Origin: the human T2T-CHM13v2.0 reference genome, Homo sapiens
Reading direction: 5' to 3' (one strand)
Assembly: GCF_009914755.1 (NCBI RefSeq)
Contig: NC_060936.1
DNA: 64,000 nt
Below the pieces are notes generated by a model that did not search any database, was not told the origin of the DNA, and was given only the letters and a program-made list of their open reading frames with translations. Positions 31,181-43,990 of this stretch are shown in pieces; within the stretch, counting starts at the first letter, position 1, and every line of letters starts with the position of its first letter. A program made the translations under genes and the position numbers.

Positions 31181-33146
31181 TAGTAGAAATGGGGTTTCAC
31201 CATGTTGGTCAAGCTGGTCTCAAACTCCTGACCTCAGGTGATCCTACTGCCTCGGCCTCCCAGAATGCTAGGATTACAGCCGTGAGCCACTGCATCCAGC
31301 TGGGTGCATACATATTTATAACTGCTAGTTCCTCTTGCTGTATTGACCCCATTATTATTATATAGTGATCTTCTTTGTCTCTTTTTACAGTCTTTCACGT
31401 GTAGTCTATTTTATCTGACATAAATATAGCTACTCCTGCTTTTTCTTGGTTTCCTGTTGCATAGAATATCTTTTTCTATCCTTTCACCTTCAGTTTATGT
31501 GTGTCCTTATAGGTGAAGTGGGTTTCTTGCAGGTAGGATAGAGTTGGGTCTTGTTTCTTCATCCATTCAGCAACTGTATGCCTTTTAATTGGAGATTTAA
31601 GTCCATTTTACATTGTGTTATTATGGATAAGTAAGGACTTACTATTGCCATTTGTTGCTTGTTTTCTGATTGTTTTGTAACGCCTCTTTTTCCTTCTTCC
31701 TTTCTTGCTCCCTTCTTTTGTGGGTAAGTGATTTTCTCTGGTAGTATGTTTTAACTCTTTGCTTTTAATTTTTAGTGAATCTATTAAAGGTTTTTGTATT
31801 GTGGTTACCATGAGGCTTACAAAAAACATCTTACAGATATAACAAGTTGTTTAAAAAAGACAGCTTATCTTAGATCAAAAATACAATAATAGAAACAATC
31901 AAATATAAAAAATGAAAGCAATACACTTTAGCTCCTTGTATCCCGCATTTTGACTTTTTGTTGTCTCAATTTACATAATTTATATATAATAATTATATTA
32001 CATTATATATTATGTAACATATAATATATATCATTATGCATATTATATATAATTATTTTTACAAATTTTTACCTCAAGTACATTTTTTATATTACCTATC
32101 TCTTAACAGGTTGTTATGCCTTTTTTAAAAAATTAGATTTGCATTTCAGTATCTTTGTACTAGAGTTGTGAGTGGATTGATTGCACACATAATTACAGTA
32201 TTAGAGTATTATGGGTTTGTCTATATGCTTAATTTTTACCTTGGATTTTATGCCTTCAAATAATTTTTTTTTGCATGTTAGTGTTTTTCTTTTCCTTTCA
32301 GACTGAATAATTCCCTATAATAGTTCTTGTAAGATGGGTCTGGTGGTGTTAAATTTTCTCACCTTTTGTGAGAAGGACTTTATGCCTCCTTCATATTTGA
32401 AGGATAGCTTTTCTGGATACAGTATACTTTGATAGCAGTTTTTAGAATTTTGGCACTTTCAACTTACCATTCTGCTTTCTCCTGGCCTATATGTTCTCCA
32501 TAGAGAAGACCGTTGCCAAACAAATTGGAGCTCCTTTATATGTTGATTCTTTTATTTTGCCACCTTTGGCTCCTCTCTTTGTCCTTGACCTTTGAGAGTT
32601 TGATTATTAGATGCCTTGGGGTAGTCTTATTTGGCTCAAATCTGTTTGGTGTTCTCTGACCTTCTGGTACCTTGATATTTATCTCTTTCTCAAGGTGTGG
32701 AGAGTTTTCTGTTATTATTTCTTTCAATAAGTTTTCTAACCCTGCTGTTGCTCAACTCCATCTTGAACACCAGTGATTCTTACATTTGGTCTTTGGAGAT
32801 AATTTTCCATATCTTGAAGGCAATCTTTGTTCCTTTGTATTCTTTTTCATTATTTCTACTTAGACAATGTATTTTCAAATATCCTGTCTTCAAGTTCACT
32901 GATTCTTTTAAAATTGTGTTTATTTTTTATTTCAATAGCTTTTAAGGTACAAGTCATTTTTGGTTACATGGATGAATTCTATAGTAGTGACTTCTGAGAT
33001 TTTAGTACACTCATCACCTGAGCAGTGTATGCTGTACCCAATAGGTAGTCTTTTATCGCTCCCCCCTCCCCACTGAGTCCCCAAAGTCCATTATATCACT
33101 TTGTATGTCTTTGCGTCCTCATAGCTTAGCTCCCATGTATAAGTGA

Positions 33147-33555
<409 letters not shown>

Positions 33556-33593
33556 TTATTTCATTCTTTTTTATGGCTGAGTAGTATTCCATG

Positions 33594-33604
33594 ATATATA
33601 TATA

Positions 33605-33679
<75 letters not shown>

Positions 33680-33706
33680 ATATATATATATATATGTATA
33701 TATATA
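33594..33706. repeat. Compound (TA)n/(TG)n microsatellite
   Basis: TA runs interrupted by TGTG blocks. Confidence 0.98.
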
Positions 33707-35388
33707 CCACATTCTCTCTGTCTACTCATTGGTGTCAATGGGCACTTAGGTTGGTTCCATATCTTTTCAATTGTGAATTGTGCTGCTATTAACATACTTG
33801 TGCATGTGTCTTTTTCATATAATCTTCTTTACTTTTGGGTAGGTACCCAGTAGTGGGATTGCTAGATCGAATGATAGATCTACTTTTAGCTCTTCAAGGG
33901 AACTCTATGCTGTTTCCCACAGAGGTTGTACTAATTTATATTCCTACCAGCAGTGTAAAAGTGTTCCCTTTTCAACACATCTACACCAACATCTATTGTT
34001 TTTTGACTGTTTTATCATGGCCACTCTTGCAGGAGTAAGGTGGTATCTCATTGTGGTTTTAATTTGCATTTTCATGATGGTTACTGATGTAGATAATTTT
34101 TTCATACATTTTTGGGCTATTTGTATATCTTTTTTTGAGAAATGTCTATTCGTGTCTTTTGCCCACTTTTTGATGGATTTTTTTTCTAATTCATTTGAGT
34201 TCCTTATAGATTCTGCATACTAGCCCTTTCTCAGATGCATAGTTTGCAAATATTTTCTCCTTTTCTGTGGATTGTCTGTTTACTCTGATGACTATCTCTT
34301 TTGCTGGGTAGAAACTTTTTTGTTTAATTAGGTCCTATTCACTTATTTTTGTTATTGTTGTATTTGCTTTTGGGGTCTTGGTCATGAATTCTTTTCCTAG
34401 GCCAATGCCCAGAAGTGTTTGTCCAGTATTATCTTTTAGAATTTTTATTGTTTCAGGTTTAAGACTTAAGTCTTTGATCAGTTTTGAGTTGATTTTTGTA
34501 TAAGGTGAGAGATGGGAATCCAGTTTCATTCTTCTACATGTGGCTTGCCAGATTTCCTAGCACCATTTATTAAATGGGATGTCCTTTCCCCAATTTATGC
34601 TTTTGTATGCTTTGTCAAAGATCATTTGGTTGTAAATATTTGGCTTTATTTCTGGGTTCTCTATTCTGTTCCATTGGTCTACATGCCTATTTTTATATCA
34701 GTACCATGCTGTTTTGATAACTATAGCCTTCTAGTATAGTTTGAGGTTGGGTAATATGAACAAATCCAGATTTGTTCTTCTTCCTTATGGTTTCTTTGGC
34801 TATGTGGGCTCTTTTTCAGTTCCATATGAATTTTAGAATTGTTTATTCTAGTTCTGTATAATTTGAAGTCCAGTAATGTGATGCCTCCAGCTTTGTTCTT
34901 TTTGCTTACTGGGGCTATTTGGGCTCTTTTTTGATTCCACATGAAGTTTTGGATTGCTTTTTATTGTTCTGTGAAAAATGATGATGGTATTTTGATGGAA
35001 ATTGCATTAAATCTATAGATTACTTTGGGCAGTTATAGTTATTTTCATACTATTGATTCTTTTATCATCATGGGATGTGTTTCCATTCATTTGTGTCATT
35101 TATGATTTCTTTCAGTAGTGTTTTGTGGTTTTCTTTGTAGATATCTTTCAACTCCTTGGTTAAGGATATTTCTAGGTATTTTAATTTTATTATTATTTTT
35201 GCAGCCATTGTAAAAGGGATTGAGTTCTTAATTTTATTCTCAGCTTGGCCATTGTTGGTGTATAGCAGGACAACTGATTTGTGTACATTGATTCCGTAAC
35301 CTTAGACTTTGCTGAATTTATTTATTAGGCCTAGTAATCTTTTGGATGAGGGATGAGTCTTTAGGGTTTTCTAGGTATACAATCATAT

Positions 35389-36870
35389 TGAGAGGTGACA
35401 GCGTGCTGGCAGTCCTCACAGCCTTCGCTCACTCTCAGCGCCTCCTCTGCCTGGGCTCCCACTTTGGCGGCACTTGAGGAGCCCTTCAGCCCACTGCTGC
35501 ACCGTGGGAGTCCCTTTCTGGGCTGGCCAAGGCCGGAGCCGGCTCCCTCAGCTTGCAGGGAGGTGTGGAGGGAGAGGCGCCAGCGGGAACAGGGGCTGCG
35601 CGGGTGTTTGCGGGCCAGCTGGAGTTCCGGGTGGGCGTGGGCTTGGCCGGTCCGCACTCGGAGCAGCGGGCTGGCCCTGCCGCCCTGGGCAATGAGGGGC
35701 TTAGCACCTGGTCCAGCGGCTGCGGAGGGTGTACTGGGTCCCCGAGCAGTGCCAGCTCACCTGGTGCTGCGCTCGATTTCTCACCAGGCCTTAGCTGCCT
35801 TCCTGCGGGGCAGGGCTCGGGACCTGCAGCCCGCCATGCCTGAGCCTCCCACCCCTCCCTGGGGTCTTGTGCGGCCGGAGCCTCCCCAATGAGCGCCACC
35901 CACTGCGCCACGGCGCCCAGTCCCATCGACCACCCAGGGGCTGAGGAGTGCAGGCGCACGGCGCGGGACTGGCAGGCAGCTCCACCTGCAGCCCCCGTGC
36001 GGGATCCACTAGGTGAAGCCAGCTGGGCTCCTGAGTCTGGTGGGGAAGTGGAGAACCTTTATGTCTAGCTCAGGGATTGTAAATACACCAGTCGGCACTC
36101 TGTATCTAGCTCAAGGTTTGTAAACACACCAGTCAGCACCCTGTGTCTAGCTCAGGGTTTGTGAATGCACCAGTGGACATTCTGTATCCAGCTACTCTGG
36201 TGGGGCCTTGGAGAACCTTTATGTCTAGCTCAGGGATTGTAAATACACCAATCGGCACTCTGTATCTAGCTCAAGGTTTGTAAACACACCAATCAGCACC
36301 CTGTGTCTAGCTCAGGGTTTGTGAATGCACCAATTGACACTCTGTATCTAGCTACTCTGGTGGGGCCTTGGAGAACCTTTACGTCCACACTCTGTATCTA
36401 GCTAATCTGGTGGGGACCTGCAGAACCTTTGTGTCTAGCTCAGGGATTGTAAACACACCAATCAGCGCCCTGTCAAAACAGACCACTTGGCTCTACCAGT
36501 CAGCAGGATGTGGGTGGGGCCAGATAAGAGAATAAAAGCAGGCTGCAAGCCAGCAGCGGCAACCCGTTGGGGTCCCTTCCACACTGTGGAAGCTTTGTTC
36601 TCTCACTCTTTGCAATATATCTAGCTACTGCTCACTCTTTGGGTCCACACTGCTTTTATGAGCTGTAACACTCACCGGGGAGGTCTGCAGCTTCACTCCT
36701 GAGCCAGTGAGACCACGAACCCACCAAAAGGAAGAAACTCCGAACACATCCGAACATCAGAAGGAACAAACTCCAGACGCGCCACCTTAAGAGCTGTAAC
36801 ACTCACTGCGAGGGTCCACGGCTTCATTCTTGAAGTCAGTGAGACCAAGAACCCACCAATTCCAGACACA
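35389..36870 (+). mobile_element. LTR12C-like (ERV9) solo LTR
   Basis: TGAGAGGTGACAGCGTGCTGGCAG start and CCAATTCCAGACACA end; 4-bp TSD ATAT; CCAAT/GATA tandem array at 36040-36500; AATAAA TATA-equivalent at 36531. Confidence 0.95.
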
Positions 36871-39800
36871 ATATCATCGGCAAACAATGCTAGTTTGATT
36901 TCCTCTTTTCCAATTTGGATGTACTTTATTTCTCTCTCTTGCCTGGTTGCTCTGGCTAGGACTTCCCGTGCTATGCTGAATAGAAGTGGTAAAAATGGGC
37001 ATCCTTGTCTTGTTCCAGTTCTCGGAGGAAATGTTTTCCACTTTTCCTGATTCAGTATAATGTTGGCTGTGGGTTTGTCATATATGGCTTTTATTATTTT
37101 GAGGTAAATCCCTTCTGTGCCTAGTTTATTGAGAGTTTTTAATCATAAGCAATGCTGGATTTTATCAAATGTGTTTTCTGCATCTATTGAGATGATCATA
37201 TGTTTTTTGTTTTTAATTCTGTTTATGTGATCTATCATATTTACTGACTTGCATATATTCAATCATCTCTGCCTCGATGGGATGAAACCCACTTGATCAT
37301 GATAAATTTTCTTTTTGATATGCTGTTGGATTTGGTTAGCTGGAGTTTGTTGAGGATTTTTTCATCTATGTTCATCAGGGATATTGGTCTGTAGTTTTCT
37401 TATTTTAATACCTTTCCTGGTTTTGGAATTGGTGATATGGACTTCATAGAATCATTTATGGAGGATTCCCTCTTTCTCTTTTATTTGTTTATTTGGCATG
37501 TGTCTCAAGATATTACCCCTTTTCTCAATCTTTTTGAATAGTTTAAGTAAAATTGGTACCATTTCTTTCTTTGAATGTCTGGTAGAATTCAGCTGTGAAT
37601 CTGGTCCTCGGCTTTTTTTGTTGTTGTTGGCAATTTTTTTTTTTTATTATTGATTCCATCTTTCTGCTTGTTATTTGTCTGTTTAGGATTTCTATTTCTT
37701 TCTGATTTAATCTAGGAGGGTTGTATGTTTCCAGGAGTTTATCCGTTTCCTCTAGATTTTCTAACTTGTGCACATAAACGTGTTCAGAGTTGTCTTGAAT
37801 TATCTTCTGTATTTCTGTAGTATCAGTTGTAATGTCTCTGGTTTCATTTCCAGTTGAGCTTATTTAGATCTTCTCTCTATTTTCTTGATTAATCTTGCTA
37901 AGTTCTATCAATTTTATCTTTTCAAAGCACCAGCTTTTTGTTGCATTTATCTTTTGTATTTTTGGTCTCAATTTCATTTATTTCTTCTCTGATTTTTGTT
38001 ATTTCTTTTCTTCTGCTGGCTTTAGGTTTAGTTTATTCCTGTTTCTTTGGTTTTTTGAGATGTGAACTTAGGTTGTCACTTTGTGCTCTTTCAGGCTTTT
38101 TGATGTCGGTATTTAATGCTATGAACTTTCTTCTTAGCATTGCTTTTGCTTTTGCTGTATCTCAGGGATTTTGATAACTTGTTTCACTACCATCATTCAT
38201 TTCAAATAATTTTAAAATTTCCATCTTGATTTTATTGTTAACCCAAAAATCATTCAGAACCAGATTAATTAATTTTTATGTATTTGTATAGTGTTGAGGA
38301 TTCTTTTGTCATTGAGTTGTAGTTTTGTTATACTTTGGTCTGAAAGATATTTGAGATGATTTTTATTTTCTTAAATTTATTGAGACTTGTTTTGTGACCT
38401 ATTACATGGTCTATCTTGGAAAATTTTCCATGTGCTGATGAGAAGAATGTGTATTCTGCAGTTCTTGGGTAGAATGTTCTGTAAATATCTGTTAAGTCTA
38501 TTTGTTCTAGAATGTAGTTTCAGTCCATTGTTTCTGTGTTTACTTTCTGTCTCAGTGATCTTTCTAGTCCTGTCAGTGGAGTATTTAAGTCCCCCACTAA
38601 TATTGTGTTGCTGTCAACCTCATTTTTTAGATCTAGTAGTAATTGTTTTATAATTTTGGAAGCTCCAATGCTAGGTGCATATAAATTCAGGATTGTAATC
38701 TTGTTGGATTGGTCTTTTAACCATTATATAATGACCTTTTTTCTTTTTGCTGTTGTTGCTTTAAAGTCTGTTTGGTCTGATATAAGAATAGCTCCTCCTG
38801 CTCGCCTTTTGTTTCCATTTGCATGGAATATCTTTTCCACCCCTTTACCTTGAGTTTGTAAGAGTCCTTATATGTTAGGTGAGTCTCTTGAAGACAGCAG
38901 ATATATGGTTTTTTATTTTTTTTATCTACTCTATCATCCAGTATCTTTTAATCGGAATACTTAGGCCACTTACATTCAACATTAATACTGAGATATGAGA
39001 TACGGTTCCATTCATCATGTTAGAATTACCTAGATACTTTTTTGTTGTGTTATGGTTTTATAGGCCCTGTTTTATGCTTTCAAGAGGTTCTATTTGGATG
39101 CATATTAAGCTTTTGTTTCAAGATTTAGAACTCCTTTTAACATTTCTTGTAGTGCTGGTTTGGTAGTGGCAAATTCCCTCAGCATTTACTTGTCTGAAAA
39201 TAATTTCATTTCTTCTTCATTTATGAAATTTAGTTTTGCTGGATACAAAATTTGTGGCTGACAGTTATTCTTTTTAAGGAGGCTAAATGTAAGACTCCAA
39301 TCTCTTCTAGTTTGTAAGGTTTTTGCTAAGAAGTCTTCTGTTAATTTGAAAGTTACTTGCTGCTTTTGTCTCACAGCTCTTGGCATTCTTTCCTTTTTGT
39401 TGACTTTAGGTGGCCTGATGGTCATGTTCCTTGGTGTAATCTTTTTACAGTGAATTTCTCAGTTGTTTGTTTGTTTGTTTGTTTTTGAGGTTCTTGTATT
39501 TGGAAATTTAAATCTTTAGCAAGGCCAGGGATGTTTTTCTCAATTATTTTCTCAAATAAGTTTTTCAAACTTTTAGCCTTCTCTTTTCCTGCAGAAACAC
39601 CAATTATTCTTAGCTTTGGCCATTTTACATAATCCTGTATTTCTTAGAGACTGTGTTCATTTCTTTTTATTCTTTTTCCTTTATCTTTTTCTGACTGAGT
39701 TAATTCAAAAGCCTTGTCTTTGAGCTCTGAAATTCTTTCTTCTACTTGTTCTAATCTATTGTTTAAACTTTCCACTGCATTTTATATTTCTCTAAGTGTG

Positions 39801-40691
39801 TCTTTCATTTCCAGAAGTTCTGACTGGTTTTTCTTTATGATATGTATCTCTCTAAGACACTTTTCATTCATATCCTCTTTTTTTTTTTTTGAGACACGGT
39901 CTCACTCTGTCACTCAGGCTGGAGTGCAGTGGTATGATCACAGCTCACTGCAGCCTCGACTACCCAGGCTCAATTGATCCTTCGATCTCTCAGCCTCTTG
40001 AGTAGCTGGGACTACAGGCATGTGCCACCACACCCAACTAATTTTTATATTTTTTGCAGAGATGGAGTTTCACAATGTTGTCCAGGCTAGTGTTGAACTC
40101 CTGAGCTCAAGCAATCCACCCGCCTTGGCCTCCCAAAATGCTATGATTACAGGTGTGAACCACTGTGCCTGGCCTATATCCTGAATTGTTTTTAAAATTT
40201 CTTTATGGTGGTTTTCACCTTTCTGTGGTATCTCTTCAAGTAGCTTAATAACCTTCTGAATCTTTATTTGGTATTTCAAAGATTTCATCTTGGTTTGGAT
40301 CCATTGCTGGGGAGCTAGTGTGATCTGTTATAGAACTCTGGTTTTTTTTGTGTGTGTGTCACCAAAATTAACTTTTCTGGTTCCTTCTCATTAGGGTAGA
40401 CTATTTCTGTTAAGTATTCTTGAATTTAAGATTTCTTTTCTTTCTTTCTTTCTACCCTTAAGGATGTGACTTTAATGTGTGTAGTTTATTATAGCCTAAT
40501 TTGGTTGGTCGTGCTTTTAGGGTGATGACTCTGTATGAGTTCCTTGGTTATGGAGAGTGTTTGTATGATAGCTTCCTCAGATACTGGTTGTAGAAGCTAC
40601 GTACTTGGTGTGTGGATAAGTTCACTATCTCCTATGGGGTTGGAATGACAGAGGTCTTTTGAAGCTTATCCCATTTCCGTGTGGTGTGCAC

Positions 40692-40722
<31 letters not shown>

Positions 40723-43192
40723 TTCCCCAGTATTCTATTTACTGAGTTGATGATTCAGGTCTCAGGTGAGTAGGGAAGATTTTCCTCGGTAGAAACTGGT
40801 TGTAGCTAAAGCAGGTGGGTAAGTGCAATGGCCAGTGGCGGGCAGAGATCCCAGCCTTGATGATGGTAGCTGGGGGAGCTCTCAATTAGATGCACTGAGG
40901 TCTTAACAGGGGAAAGGGTAGGAGCCACCCCAGCTCCCCCTGCCAGGCCAGCAGGAAAGCTGTCCACCTCCCAGACTCACTCCTGTCCCAATGTTTCAGC
41001 TATTCAGATTAGACAGGCACCCCTTTTCTTCTGCATGAATGTTGATGTTCCACATAGAGAAGAACTGTGACTCTGCCTCTCATGGAAGCCTGAACCTGGA
41101 AGGTGCTCCTCCTGTGGAGATGCAGTCACCCTGCAATGTTCCAGGAAGGATGTCTGTAGATGCACCCATGCTGAGCTACCATGGGAGAAGCCTCAGCTGT
41201 GTCTGTAGTGGTGGACAAGGAGAGAAAGAAGACCCCTTCTTCAAGACCCTTCATGAGCACCAAGGCTGCCTGACTGTTGGGATAGTACTGCAGACTTTCC
41301 CTGCTGAGCCCAGCACTGCAATTGCATCTCTACAGAAAGAAACTTCCCACCAGAGTGAAGATCTGGAACTCAAAGCTTGCTGTCCAGATTCTTTTGTCCT
41401 ATGAGGTGTTCCTTTCATGTAGTGTTCTCCCTCTTCCCCTAGGAGTAGGAGTTTCTGAGAGCCAGACTGCAGTGATTGCTATTGCTCTTCTGGGTCTAGC
41501 CACCTGTGAGGCTGCCATACTCCAGGTTGGTGCCAGGAAATGTCTGCAAGCGATCTGGTGATGTGACCTGTCCTCAAGTCTCCTAGCAGTGGGTACCAGC
41601 ACCAGCTCTGATGAGGGTGGCAGGGGAGTAACGTAAACTCTGTGAGATTCCTTGGTTATAGATAGCCTTAGCGTGCTGTCTTTCTCAAATGCTGGTTACA
41701 ATAGTAGTAAACTGGTCATGTGGACAGACTCAGGACCTCTTGTTGACAATGGTGATAGCTGAGGTCACACACTGGTTTTCTTCTTCCTGGGTGGTATGTT
41801 AGTGTGCCTGCAGATGCTGTAATGGACTGTCAGTTACCCTCCAGCCAGCAGGTGGTGCCTGCAAAAGAGCAGCAGCTTCAGTAGTAACTGTGGGATTTGA
41901 GCTTGCCTTATGTTGCCCAGGGGAGGTATTTTGGTTTCTCAGGTGATGGGTGAGGACATAAAGTTCCCCAAAATTTCTGTCCTTTGTGTTAAGCTACCAG
42001 GGTGTGTGGAGGGCCATAACCGGGTGGGGTCTGAGTCAGGTGGGTCTGCATTCTGACTCCCTGTGTGTGGGGCAAGCTGTGACCCCTGTTGGGGTAGGAA
42101 GGTCATTCTTAAGCCTCTGAGGTAATGTTCCATAGGTGAGTGTAACTGCTCTGCTGTTCAGAAGAACTTGTACAAGAGGTGGGGAGTAACATGTGGCAGT
42201 AAGCCTCACTTAGATCCCACACAGTTGGCCAGGCTGATCTCACTCCCACAGTGCCCTGCTAGTAGCACTGGGCTAAGTTTCAGGTAGCCTGCACTCAGAA
42301 CTCAAACCTTCCTCAGGCCATAAACTTTCCCCATGAGGATAACAACCACAGCTTTCAGGCCACATCCTTCCCCATCCACCTGCAAGGATGGGTGCCTGGC
42401 TCCTGTGCTCACAAATATAGCATACTTTCCACTTGCCGTCCCCACCCCTCCAGGGTTCTGACCAAGAGAATTTGTCCCTACTTGATGTTATATTGTGAAA
42501 TTCAGTTGGGAGTTGTGACTACTGTCTGAGCTGGTTGGTTGACTTTGCTGAGGTTCCTGTGAGATATAATAAGGAATGGCTTCCCTTGGTCTGCACTGGA
42601 GATTGGGAATGCCTGCAAGGCACTTCCCACTGCTGCTTCTACTTTTATATTTCACTGCTCCCTAAATCAGTTCCTGTTCTGTGTTGGATTAAGGCCTTCA
42701 CCTGTGGCCTGGATTTTTAAGTTCCTTAATGGGGATATGTATCCTGGAGGCAGTCTCTCCCACTCTAACACTCTGGGGACTTAGTTTTTGGCCTGTTTCA
42801 TGGTGTAGGCTGAAGCCTGCCACTTCTTTCAAAGAGTCTGTGGATTCTTTCACTTTTCCTGTTAAGTTCCTGTATTGCTTCTTGGAAAAAAGTTCACAAT
42901 GTGAATCTCTACACCTATTTTGTCCTTCCAAGTGGAGAGGCATGCTGACATTGCCTCCAATTCCCCATCTTGTGGGGGAGAGGGGAAGCTCACTGATTCT
43001 TTCCTCTGCATGATCCATTCTGCTATTGAGGACCCCCTAATGAATTTTTTAGTTCAGCCAATGTATTTCTCAGTTCCAAGATTTCTGTTTGATTTCATTA
43101 TTTCAATCTCTTTGTTAGATTTTTTGATAAGATTCTGAATTGCTTTTCTGTGTTATCTTGGAGGTCATTGAATTATCTTAAAACTGTGCCTT

Positions 43193-43194
<2 letters not shown>

Positions 43195-43240
<46 letters not shown>
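43195..43240. repeat. (TG)n microsatellite in place of an AluJ tail
   Basis: TG run directly abutting a reverse Alu. Confidence 0.97.
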
Positions 43241-43244
<4 letters not shown>

Positions 43245-43744
43245 GAGACAGGGTCTCACTCTGTCACCCAGACTGGAGTGCAGTGGCCTGAACCTGACCT
43301 ACTGCAGCCTTGACCTCCTGGGCTTAAGCGATCCTCCTGCCTCATTATCCTGAGTACCTGCAACTATCACCATGCACGTATCACCATGCCTGGCTAATTT
43401 TTAAATTTTTTTTGTAGAGATGAGGTCTTGCTATGTTGCCCAGGCTGGTCTTAAACTCCTGGGCTCAACTGACCCTCCTACTTTGGCCTCCCAAAGTGCT
43501 AGGATTGCAGGTGTGAGTCAACACACCCAGCAATTTGCTATTTTGAATTCTTGGTCAGAGAGCTTACATATTGCCATCTCTTTAGGGTCCGTCACTGGTT
43601 TCTTGCTTCATTAGTTTGTGGAGGTCTTGATTCCCTGTTTGCTGTGTTTATTGATGATGTGAATCTATGTCTTTGCACTGATTATTTATTTTTCCAGTCT
43701 TCTTTGACTAGCTTGTTTTTTTTTTAATTGGATATTTTTCTTAG

Positions 43745-43990
<246 letters not shown>

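Noticed and set aside
36040-36480. Repeated TCTAGCT units with variable intervening sequence
   Set aside because: Standard ERV9/LTR12 U3 tandem repeats; the intervening segments are themselves repeated
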